Below the pieces are notes generated by a model that saw nothing but the letters and a program-made list of their open reading frames with translations, ran no database searches and had not been told where the DNA came from. A stretch of 64,000 nucleotides of DNA, taken from assembly GCF_006345805.1 (NCBI RefSeq), contig NC_042998.1, forward strand, positions 191,580,001-191,644,000. Direction: 5' to 3'. Of the stretch, positions 27,973-39,379 are shown piece after piece. This stretch comes from Octopus sinensis. Lineage: Eukaryota. Position 1 is the first letter of the stretch. Each line of letters opens with the position of its first letter. Both the position numbers and the translations under genes were made by a program.

Positions 27973-28549
27973 TTCCACTAGCGTAATTAGTAGAGCGTTA
28001 GAAGAGATCGTACAGCTAAAACAGTGTGAAATGTTACAGACGCATTCAGCAGAGATTTTTTTATTATTTTTACGAAGTTAAGTATAATCCTGTTCAGAGA
28101 GCTGTTACTTCATTCGTTCCCTTGGCTGCAATTAGTAAAGACAATACTTTAAAAAAAAATGAGATTTACTACTTCAATTTAATTTACATTTTATTCCTTT
28201 ATCTGTATTTAGTTCGTTGAACTGCACGCAGAAATAATTCCTCACATGAATGATTTTATAATCAATGAACTGAATGTTAAGAACAAGCCATAAGATAATT
28301 TAGGAGATGCGATCTAAATTTAACATTTCTTTGCGTGCAGCTTTCAGGCAATAGAAAAAAAAATTATATTTTAGAAACACATTAACGTTTTAATAGGAAA
28401 CTTCGTATTAACTGCTTGTAGCTGTCTACTCGAAGATAGAATTAATATTAATACCAAATTTACAAGCAAGTTTTTTTTAAAAATCTTTTAGTCTCACATG
28501 AAAGCGAAAATGAAACAGCAGCAGTGTCCACAGTTAATTCAGACCTTAC

Positions 28550-28760
28550 CTCAACAAATAATACGAAGTATACAGGGAAAATAATGCAGTTAGAGTCAAT
28601 TCTACATAGAAACAGTTTAGTAGCTGGACGGGAAACATGACGTAACAACTGTACTTGGATACAGTCTCGAAGCAGAACGATTGGTTTATGGTAATCTAGA
28701 GCTGCCAGCGTGTAAATGACAGGACAAGGAGATGGGGTGTACTGCTTTGATTGGTGTGTA
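28550..28760 (-). promoter_or_regulatory. Candidate promoter and non-coding first exon
   Basis: On the minus strand: CCAAT boxes at 28750-28754 and 28680-28684, CRE-like TTACGTCA at 28638-28645, and a strong donor GAG|GTAAGG with last exon base 28550. Confidence 0.4.
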
Positions 28761-29246
28761 ATCGCTGAGCCCAAATATTCTCATGAGAATGTCGGTTTCC
28801 ATTGCTTATAGTTTTTATTTCTGGAATTCAATTAACAAACTCTACTAATGCTTGAATTAGTTTCTTGAAAGTGTTAGTAGTTACAAAACGATGAATCAGT
28901 AAAGGGGATACTGTGCATTTGAACTGTGATAAATGACAGCAAAATCACTCTCAGCTCACAGCTTACAAAACGAATATTGTAAGCCTGGATCGATCTTGAT
29001 TGAAAAGAGAAGGGAAACTCCTGACACGACCCCTTAGTTTGTCACAACCCTAATCTAACAAGGCAGAACTTCAGCTAGCACAACGAGAACAACTTAACCA
29101 CAAAAAGAGGACGAGAACACATATGCAAGTCCTTACGAGTTTCGAAAGAAGGTCATTAAGTTTTATAGCAACAGTCATATATTAGATTTACGTTCACAAA
29201 TAAGCAACTAGAAGCTAATACTTCGAGCTGAATGCTGAATAATACC

Positions 29247-29479
29247 TATTTCTTTACTACCCACAAGGGGCTAAACACAGAGAGGATAAACAAGGACAGA
29301 CAAACGGATTAAGTCGATTACATCGGCCTCAGTGCGTAACTGGTACTTATTTAATCGACCCCGAAAAGATCAAAGGCAAAGTCGACCTCGGCGGAATTTG
29401 AACTCAGAACGTAGCGGCAGACGAAATACTGCTAAGCATTTCACCCGGCATGCTAATGTTTCTGCCAGCTCGCCGCCTT
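29247..29479 (-). mobile_element. SINE family B, full length, 16-bp TSD
   Basis: Flanked by aatgctgaataatacc at 29231-29246 and 29483-29498. Confidence 0.93.
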
Positions 29480-29756
29480 CATAATGCTGAATAATACCTT
29501 GTAGCATCATCGGAGCCTTGAATATGAAGCGCAATTTGTTTGGGAAAAAATTATATTTGTGTATATGTGCGAAAAGGCATTATCACAAATTCATGATAAG
29601 TTCATAAGATGATCATTTATTCCTTTGTCATCTCTTTGTCTTATTACCGCTCTATACTCGTCTCACACTTCGTTCCCAAGAATGCATGTACTGAGTTCTA
29701 TTCCAGGTTCTTAGTCTCGCAAAGCCGAAGCTTAACAGATATATATACTTTTATTC

Positions 29757-30138
29757 GTTTATTCTTTTACTTGTTTCAGTCATTTGACTGCGGCCATTCT
29801 GGAGCACCACCTTTAGTCGAACAAATCTATCCCAGCGCTTATTCTTTGTAAGCCTAGTATTTATTCTATCGGAATCTTTTGCCGAACCGCTAAGTTACGG
29901 TGACATAAACACACCAACATCAGTTAACAAACGATAGTGGGGTACAAACACAAACACGCAAATACATTCCTACATACAGATGTATATATATACGACGGGC
30001 TTCTTCCAGTTTCCGGCTACCAAATCCACTCAAGAGGTAGGCCTGAGGCTAAAGTAGAAGACATTTGCCCAAGGTGCCACACAGTGAGACTGAACCCGGA
30101 ACTATAAGGTTGAGAAGCAAGCTTCTTACCATACAGCT
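29757..30138 (-). mobile_element. SINE family A, diverged full-length copy
   Basis: Colinear with 26015-26411, with a small internal deletion. Confidence 0.87.
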
Positions 30139-30225
30139 TACGTAATAAAATGCATATATATATATATATATTCATAGGTAGACACTAATTCAAGACAAGA
30201 TTACTTATTGGATGATTATGGGAAA

Positions 30226-30226
30226 C

Positions 30227-30277
<51 letters not shown>

Positions 30278-30515
30278 TTGATGATGATGATGATGATGAT
30301 GACGACGATGATGGTGGTGGTAGTGGTGGTGATGATGATGATGGTGGTGATGATGATGAAGATGGTGATGATGACGATGATGGTGATGATGACGATGATG
30401 ACGATGATGATGATGATGACGACGACGACGACGATAATGATGACGGTATTGGTGTTGCTGGTTGTGAGCGATGACGGTGTTGTTGTTGGTGTTGGTGGTG
30501 GTAATGATGACGGAT
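30226..30515. repeat. Compound (GAT)n/(GAC)n/(GGT)n trinucleotide tract
   Basis: Gives poly-D, poly-M and poly-H ORFs in three frames with no non-repetitive coding context. Confidence 0.9.
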
Positions 30516-31279
30516 ATCAAATTCGTATTCGTGTGTGCGTTTCTATTTGTTTCACAACCCTTTGAAGTATTTGTAAGAATCATAACTTGAAGCAAAATTA
30601 CTTATATGATACCTAATATTGTCACACATAGCTCTTATAGAACTATATAATATCCTACATCTTGTGAGAAAATTGCCAAAATATCAATTTATTTATCAAC
30701 GCAGGAATTATTTCTAGCTTATTAATGGTTCCGTCAGTTGGTCTACTATGTTTGTTTTGTTCGTCTTTTTTTCACATTTTAGTTATAAATCCACCTCTTC
30801 AGTATAAAGGACATATGATATGTTATTAATATAAAACCTTTTAGAGAAAATTCCGTCATTCTGATCTCAACAGAAATTCTGATCTCATAAGAAATATTGT
30901 TATTTTCATCGGTATTTCATTCATAGCATCGGATGAAATTTGATCAACTGTGAATAGTTGTTAACTACGTCCGAAGGTATTGTTACGAAATATATCCATA
31001 CAGGTATTTTAACATTCGTGACCAGAGTATAGAACCAAATATAGTTTTCCATTTTAGCAAGATTTTATCACATAGTAACGTGGTTTTGCAAATGAAAATA
31101 ACTTTGACGCAGCAGAAAGCTGCTTTCTAGCTAGGAAGTTCTTACCTTTCTGATTCTTCAGCACTTGTGTAAGAGGCCTGCACTTATCAAAAGTTGTATA
31201 TGAGATTGCGAAATATTTACTTTTTGCCTGTCTTTTTGTAAAACGGTGTTCATTTAGGTATGTTCTATTGTTATGAAAG

Positions 31280-31751
31280 AAGGTTTGAAAATGCAATTTT
31301 AAAAGATGTTTATTTACTTTACCGGTTTCACTCTTTGGAAAAAGTTGTCAAATGTAACATGTAGAAGTTTGGTTGCGTTAATTATTGGTTGTTACAAAAT
31401 GCTACATTACATATATACAGTCTTTGGTAACAAGGACATGTTCAGGACATAAAAAAGTTTACCAAGTTCCTTAAAATATTGGGCTCAAAAGATTACAACA
31501 TAAATATACATTCTCAAGAATATGTTAAAGATAGTTTCCAGAAGGAATTATTAAAAATTAATAATTAATAAACTTTTTTATGTCCTTAACATGTCTTTGC
31601 TACCAAAGACTGTATATATGTAATGTAGCATTTTGTAACAACCAATAATTAACGCAACCAAACTTCTACATGTTACTTTTGACAATCTTTTTCCAAAGAG
31701 TGAAACCGGTAAAGTAAATAAATATCTTTTAAAATTGCATTTTCAAACCTT
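31280..31751. mobile_element. Foldback/MITE with ~180-bp inverted arms
   Basis: 31280-31460 (aaggtttgaaaatgc...ggacataaaaaagttt) is the near-perfect reverse complement of 31570-31751; ~110-bp AT-rich spacer. Confidence 0.9.
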
Positions 31752-31793
31752 TCGTATATAATTCCACTCGTGCGGTACCCTACAACTCCACTT

Positions 31794-31835
<42 letters not shown>

Positions 31836-32416
31836 GTAAAGGAGATTATTTCTATAGAATTCTGGTGCTTACTTGACATTGTACGTACCATGTCAAGAAA
31901 GCACCTTGATATTTCATCTACTATTGGGCATGGTAGATGAAAAAATTTCAGCAAGATGTAATGGCGGCAAATGACAAAAACACTTCTTAGATGGCACACG
32001 ATGGGGTTTAGATATGTAATATAGTGAGCTGAAAACCGTCTACAGAGATTATTCTGCAATGCATTCTTAAAAGTAACCTCTAGTTGTATTTAAAATCTAA
32101 AATCATCAAGCAAATAAATCTAATAAGATGCAAAACAGAAAGTTTTACAAAATGAACTTGATGCGGATTGGAATGGATCTTGTCATTAAAACCAAATTCT
32201 GGATCAATAAACATGTTCTGGTGTTATTAGACCTCATCGAAAATGCTCTGTTCAGAGAAAGTAATTCAATTGGTAGTGAAAATTTGCATTGAAGTCAAAA
32301 GCCATTCCTTGAAAAGAGTACAAATGTTTGAAATTATTCTGTTTCGATCCTGTTATACCTCCTCAGCGAAGACTTTTGGTCAGCTTCTTAAAAGCTTCTT
32401 AAAAGTGATTGTGTAC

Positions 32417-32506
<90 letters not shown>

Positions 32507-32642
32507 TTATATATCTATCTATCTATCTATCTATCTTTCACTATACCGGAGTAAACACATAAATGTGAAACATTGTGGAAAAATAGAGTACTCAAATACC
32601 AGGGGTAGAGTAATATGTTTTATTTAAAAGCAGCAGAAATTC

Positions 32643-32695
32643 AACAAAACCTGTTACTCGGAGTTTCACGTTCCCGTTCGTCAGACAGTTTTGTT
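32643..32695 (-). ncRNA. Minimal type I hammerhead ribozyme with intact core
   Basis: AACAAAACTGT CTGACGA ACG-GGAA-CGT GAAA CTC-C-GAG TA ACAGGTTTTGTT: CUGANGA and GAAA boxes, 3-bp stem II, GUA triplet, 11-bp stem I with one G bulge. Confidence 0.78.
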
Positions 32696-32739
32696 AAAAT
32701 TTTAACAAAACTGTCCGACGAACGGGAACGTGAAACTCC

Positions 32740-32794
32740 AACAAAACTGTCCGACGAACGGGAACGTGAAACTCCGCGAGTAACAGGTTTTGTT
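32740..32794 (+). ncRNA. Hammerhead copy with U4-to-C core change
   Basis: aacaaaactgt CCGACGA acgggaacgt GAAA ctc-cgc-gag TA acaggttttgtt; preceded by a truncated duplicate at 32704-32739. Confidence 0.65.
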
Positions 32795-32837
32795 GAATTT
32801 CTGCTGCTTTTAAATATAGTATCTTTCACTATATATG

Positions 32838-32872
<35 letters not shown>

Positions 32873-33320
32873 CCACATACATACCCACAAATATAGTGAC
32901 GTAGATTATGAGAAACAATATGGCTGAGTGAAAAATACACTATGAAAACAATGAGGGTAAGTTAAATTAACTTAAGATAAAGTTATAACGGAAGTGCCTC
33001 AAAATATGATACATGGCGACTAATTAACTAATAATTTTCAAGCAGTTAGACGATAAAAAAAAAACTCTTTCTAGGTGTGGATGAGAATGCAAGAGCAACA
33101 ACAACGGAAGTAATTGTAAGAAGATGGGCGAGTAGAAAATTCTGGAAAATGCAGATGAGAGTTAATCTAGCCTTGAAAGCAAACGGTTGAAAATAACCAA
33201 CGTGTTTCAATCTCATTTAACTCTTCAGTGAATCACGTACATACCTTTATTGTTTTCATAGTGTACTTTCACTCAGCCATATCGTTTCTCATAATCTGCG
33301 TCACTAGATATGTGTGTGTG

Positions 33321-33368
<48 letters not shown>

Positions 33369-33375
<7 letters not shown>

Positions 33376-33484
33376 ATCACGTGACCGACCAGACCATCAG
33401 ATGTTGTTACACATCGCTGGTCACAATGCGTTCGCATTGTTTTTAGCCTTCGAATGACGCCACCTCGCTGGCTAAGCGAGCAGG

Positions 33485-33487
<3 letters not shown>
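33369..33487 (+). mobile_element. Short interspersed repeat family D (class unknown) between TA tracts
   Basis: Recurs inverted at 60533-60625; begins with palindrome tcacgtgatcacgtga and contains hairpins acaatgc-gttc-gcattgt and ctcgct-ggcta-agcgag. Confidence 0.8.
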
Positions 33488-33531
<44 letters not shown>

Positions 33532-33579
33532 GTATGTATTTATGTATGTATGTATGTATGTATATATAGTGATAGATAT

Positions 33580-33612
<33 letters not shown>

Positions 33613-35845
33613 CGTACACAATCAATTTTAAGAAGCTGACCAAAAGTCTTCGCTGAGGAGAATAACTTCAAGCATTTGTACTCTTTTCAAAGAATGGCTT
33701 TTGACTTCAATGCAAATTTTCACTACCAATTGAATTACTTTCTCTTCCCCAAACTTTCGGTTAGCTCCTCCGTTTTGTAGTTATTTTCTCTGATTGTGTG
33801 TGTGTGTGTGTGTATGTGTTTATCGTATAACTTCCATTAGGGAACTTTTTCCTTTACTCCCATTGAGACTCTCAGCTACTCGAATCTTTTCGCTTCGTTA
33901 TAATGCATATGAGTGCGTTTAACAAGAGTATATAAAGAATGCTGACTACTTCCATGGGGTACTTTCTCTAAACCCTATTCTTGACGCCTCAAAATAGAAC
34001 CTTCACTACGATTTTTTCAGATGCATGTGTATCGAATCTTCTGCTGTAGACCAAGCTATCGTGGAAAAACACAACCTAACCCAAATATCTTTATTGACTT
34101 ATATTGACTTACATGTTAGTATCATATTCAATAGATGTAATACTAACATCCCGTCTGCGTAAAAGATAAAAGTAACGCTTCCATACATTCATCAATAAAC
34201 ATTACAAGTTTTCTAATTGTGCCTCTAACTATTCATACTCCAATAATATTTGGATACCCAATAGGATATAAACAGTTGTACAACACGCAATCTTAGGTTT
34301 AAGAGAATTTAATACCCTGAAGAACAGTATACTCTGTAACTGAAGTAATGAGTTACTATGAGCCTTATAATTAACCGGGTTTTTTTTCTTTTCTTTCCAC
34401 GGATAAACCCTATCTGCTTTCCCCTTTACACTTTACATCATGACGTTTCTGTGATACACGATCCCTATTGATCATTTCTTTTCTTTCCCTTTTACGATCC
34501 AAGAAAAGCTCTACTTTGTAATCTGTCCCGTCTGTGTGCAGCCCTGTGTGGCTAATAAAGAAACATAATTAACTGTATTACTTATTCGAATTCTTACCAT
34601 TGTGTTTACGTCTAAAATTTATCAAAGAAAAAAATTGCAAGTTAATCAAGTGATACAGAATGGCTGGTTATTTAAAATTTCGCTTTGTAATCACGAGATT
34701 CATGTTTCAGTCCCACTGAGTTTGTGTTGGGTCGACTGAAACCTTGACAGTGAAAGAGATGACCGGAAACTGCGGAAGCATGGTGAATGGATTGCATCTA
34801 TAATTCCAAGGTAAAATCTTGTGACATAGTATCACGCTAATTCTACGTTCGTGCTTGGTCATAGTATACTCAACCACTTACGCGTTCTATTATATAAGAA
34901 TATATTAAAATATTTTATTTCTCAGATGTAGCATATTATATCATGCGCGTTCAAAGTTTCAGGGCCAAATATCATCACACAGACATTGATACACAAAAAG
35001 GTCTCTTATTTGTTGAGGAGTGGTACATTCAAATTATCACTTTGACGTTTTGTATACACACGGGAGTGATGCATATCAGAATTATCTCGACCGACGGAAT
35101 GCAAATTATCGAAGTTTTGCCTAATGAGCCCGATAAGTTTCTGTCATTTTATCACAAAAAATGCTTCAAATATCAACTTAGATAGAATATATGCTACCTA
35201 AAAATCACATATGCAGTGTTATCGTTGCCATTGTTAGTTATCATATTATATTCTTCTTATTATTATTGTTCAAGTCCATATTATTCCGCAGAGGTTGATT
35301 TTACCTTTCATCCATTGGGGACAATAAAATAAGTATTAATCCAAGATCCGGAGTCGATGTAATCGATTCTTCCATTCTCTTTAAAAACTGCTGGCTCTGA
35401 GCCGAAATTTGAAACTATTACTTAAGTTGAGATCAATTCTGGTTCGATAGGCCTCCGATTAAAGAAGGCATTTCAGACATGATCAACAACAACCCTATTG
35501 CACCGTATGCATGTACACACGCAAACTTAATTTTAAGAAAAATTGATATCCAAAATACTAAGTAATTATTCACAGAATATTTTAAATATCCATTTAATCA
35601 ATAAACGGATTGGGCTTTTTTTACTTTATATCTATGTCTACCATTGGTCAATGCCTCTTTATTGTTTCAAGGCGGTTGAATGTGATTTAAGCGATTTTTA
35701 CAGCTGGTTCTATCAGGTCGAGAGGCCGTGCAGTACCTCCCAAATTGGTTTGCATTATTCTGTTACACTTGTGGTATTCGTGGTATTGGATTATATAAAT
35801 TTAAAATTATAATACATTTCCTTCTCTTGTAGGGTTACCAAGCAT

Positions 35846-35877
<32 letters not shown>

Positions 35878-35892
35878 GTAGGGTTACCAAGC

Positions 35893-35934
<42 letters not shown>

Positions 35935-37304
35935 ATACATATATATAAGAAATTAAAAAGGGAAAATACGCACACTTACATAGTTTTAATATAAATTTTA
36001 ATATATCGACCGGTTTCGCTATCGCTATACATGATATTATGTTTTACTTATTTGAATATGTATATTTTTCTTTAAAAAATTTTTGCCCATGTTGTGTGTG
36101 ATTATATTCACGAGTGAATGACTTCACAAGCAGTAAAAAAGAAGGGGAGGTAGTTGGTTATCTTTATTATTGTTATTGTTGTAGGTATATATGTATATAT
36201 ATAAACCAGTTAGGGTTAGGGTTAGGGTTAGACTTGCTCACCGAAATATTACGAATTACTAGTAATTCGTCATATATCGGTGAGCAAGTCTTCAATACTT
36301 CGGAGTAATATTTCAGTGCCAAATGTTTAATAAGTCCCACATGTTCCTTTAAATTACATATTTTGTGGTAGGATGCATCTTTTCTTAACCGTATATAAAG
36401 GAGTTATTTTAAGATTGAAATAGACCAACTTACAGACAGAATACTTAGCTATTGACTTTCTAGATTTTGAAAGCTATTTCAGTCAGGTGCTGTTTGCTAG
36501 AATAAACTTTTGGTTCTCTATCATGGAAAGAACGGTGTGACTCTTTCAAGGAGAAGATAAATTAAGACGTCACCCAATGAGTGCGGTAGATTATAACAGA
36601 GGTATTTATTTTTTCAAAAGGAAATTAATTAATCTATAAATGTAGCATATCCACTGATATGTACAATGATTTAAAAAGCAATTTAAGGTGAAATCTTATT
36701 TTATTAATAGCTGCATGTCAAAAGTTAGTAATAACTTGCTGTCGACTGGGATTCAATGAAATTAATTAGAGGAGATAGAAAACTGAATTACTGTCCAATT
36801 ACTTGGATATATTGATCAGAAGTTTCATTGATTTTACTTGAGATAACGTTGGAAAGCAACTAATAGAACCATATGGGAAAGTAGGGGATGATGGAAATCC
36901 TACAGCTTCAAAGTATGCAGTACTAATGAACATCATGCAATTTTATTGAGAGGAAAGTGCTTGTATGTTATATAACTTGTGATTCTAACGGAACTACGAA
37001 GAAAACCTACAGGCTGACAAACACTTCAGGGTATATGTTGTTACATTGTGGTTCCTCAGAAGAATACCAGACTTTTCTGCTAATCATTACAAATAAATAC
37101 AATGTCTTATCCTGTATAACGGGAACATCAAAGGTTAATTATTAACCCGAGGGAACACTTATCACTAATTGAGTAAATTAGAACGTCGAAGGTGAATTTT
37201 TCACCTATAGATTTTAAGGAGCAAACAATATTTCTTAAATGCAGTCGCTGAATATATTCAAACTTTATCATTCTTTCTTTTATGATCAACATCAACGTGA
37301 AACA

Positions 37305-38488
37305 TTTGATGTTTCAAAGTGTGTCCGACTTTATACTTTCTTGCCAAAAAACTAATGCCGTGCGGGCAATTCCTTTAGTTTGGGGGCGACATCACCCTTC
37401 TTCCTCATGCTTGCAATTTACCGCGCCGGTATTAGGCTTCAGTTCCCTAGTATGCCGGTATGCCCCTTCGGTTCAGTTACACCTAGAGTACGGACTTGTA
37501 GTACGCGCTCATTAGATTTCCGTTTCCACTGAATACATTCTGCAGAGGCATTGCATCAAGTTTTGCTGAAAGGTTAGTGATACTGAAGCTCAAGCCATCC
37601 AGAAATTTCAGCAGCCCTTTGGCAATGACGCCATGGGTAAAGCTCAGATCAAGGAGTGCAACAACCTATTTCTTTATTACCCACAAGGGGCTAAACACAG
37701 AGGGGACAAACAAGGACAGACATAGGTATTAAGTCGATTACATCGACCCCAGTGCGTAACTGGTACTTAATTTATCGACCCCGAAAGGATGAAAGGCAAA
37801 GTCAACCTCGGCGGAATTTGAACTCACAACGTAACGCAGACGAAATACCGCTAAGCGTTTCGCCCGGCGCGCTAACGTTTCTGCCAGCTCGCCGCCTTCA
37901 AGGAGTGCAACAACCGCTTTAGACATGGCTGCATTTCGGTGGACAGTGAGGCATGCTCAGGCAGGACATCCATAAAATGAACCGAAGAAGCCGATTGAGA
38001 TGGTTCGACAAACAGTCATGGGAGACCGTGTGTAACAATCCATGAAATTGCTCACAAAGTGGAAATAAGCTCAGGATTAATGCGGTCTATTTTAACAGAG
38101 GATGTGTGCATGCGGAGAGTTTCGGCGAAATGCGCCCCCAAGGTGCTGGCGGAGCGGCAAAAGTAATTCCTCCTAGAAATTGCTCAGGACATGCTGGACG
38201 GTGCAAACCATGACCTAGGATTTACGAAGACCACCATCACTTGTGAAAAGACAAAGGTCTATGGTCTCTGCTCGATGCATTCTTTCCTCTTGCGTGAAAA
38301 TGAAAATCGCTCGAGCACCACACGTCTATACTCGAGGGGTAACAGCAAGTAACTGACCCTGCCTAAGGGCGTGAAAATTTTAATGTACATGCAGGAAGGG
38401 TGACGCCACTTTCGACTCAAGAGTGTGCCCATACGGTTTAGTTTTGGCGGAACATATGAAGTTGAATACTTTTTGAACGCAACTTGTA
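37305..38488 (+). mobile_element. Internally deleted mariner transposon remnant
   Basis: QRHCIKFC*...FQQPFGNDAMGKAQIKECNNRFRHGCISVDSEACSGRTS, then VTIHEIAHKVEISSG...EDVCMRRVSAKCAPKVL and TITCEKTKVYG. These match the mariner HTH region, linker and start of the catalytic domain. Right end gaatactttttgaacgcaacttgTA; diverged inverted ends. Confidence 0.85.
37667..37898 (-). mobile_element. SINE family B inserted in the mariner ORF, 17-bp TSD
   Basis: caaggagtgcaacaacc at 37650-37666 and 37899-37915; removing the SINE restores the transposase frame. Confidence 0.95.
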
Positions 38489-39379
38489 GAGGGGACGACA
38501 GTGATCTACTACGTCTCCCAATTGAAAACCAGATGAAACAGTGTAATGTAGGAGTAACTGTTTTGTAGTTCTTAAGAGGTTATATACACGACTGATGTAC
38601 TTTTCAACGAGAACGCATGCACATACTCACGCACATTCTTACAAATACACTTACACACATATTTGCATTTATATGAGCATGTGCATGTAATTTACAGCTC
38701 CTGACTTATATCCTTTTATATTATATATACAGTATGTAATGTACCAAACTACTGTTCTGTTTAATTTAATATTCGTACAGGACACCTTGAAACACCTCAC
38801 AATTATCTGAAATGGTATGACTCATACCTCAATAGAGATGCATCGTATAGTTGTTTCTGAATATGTACTATGTTTTTAAATAAATTTTATCGCTTATGTA
38901 TACATTAAAATTAATAATTCAAATTATGAAATCTACTGCCAATAAAGACACATTATAGGCGTAAAAGATAAATGAGTTTTCATATAAGTTAAGGAATACC
39001 ATATAGACCATATAATGCTCTACACCGCATTAATATCGTATTGGAGACCCGTGCTGTCTCAGAAAGCAAGGACTTCGAATCAAGAACTGTAAGCTGGAGC
39101 GTATATCAGCTTCTCATGAAGGCTTAGAATGTCTCATGGAGTGAGCATAAGACCATTGAAGATAGTTATGGACACCTTTCATCCATCTCTACTACTGTTG
39201 ACAGAGATTCCTAATGGAACGTGCTGAAACACATTTTAGTTGTGTCCATATTAATATCAGCTAAAATATTTGGAAATGACGCACCCATCTATTTGCTGAA
39301 TCAATAGCACCCATTTTACTTTTAAGATAATAGGAACCAAATTATCCTTTTACTGTATTCTGTCAAAATAACAAAAACA

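Larger units (their letters stand above)
32546..32819 (-). mobile_element. 274-bp non-autonomous retroelement with inverted hammerhead-bearing units (Penelope pLTR-like), 14-bp TSD
   Basis: tatctttcactata at 32532-32545 and 32820-32833; palindrome 32621-32816 centred on aaaatttt; 36-bp tandem duplication in the right arm. Confidence 0.8.

Noticed and set aside
30185-30595. Poly-His ORF resembling a histidine-rich structural or metal-binding protein
   Set aside because: Pure (GAT/CAT)n tract giving homopolymer ORFs in three frames, with no signal peptide or splice context.
35828-35900. 24-bp direct repeat tgtagggttaccaagcattatata around a TA tract
   Set aside because: Most simply slippage at a microsatellite; no element between the copies.
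36210-36231. (TTAGGG)3.7 telomere-like tract; similar short run near 27155-27170
   Set aside because: Too short for an interstitial telomere or fusion scar; the second lies inside a MITE.
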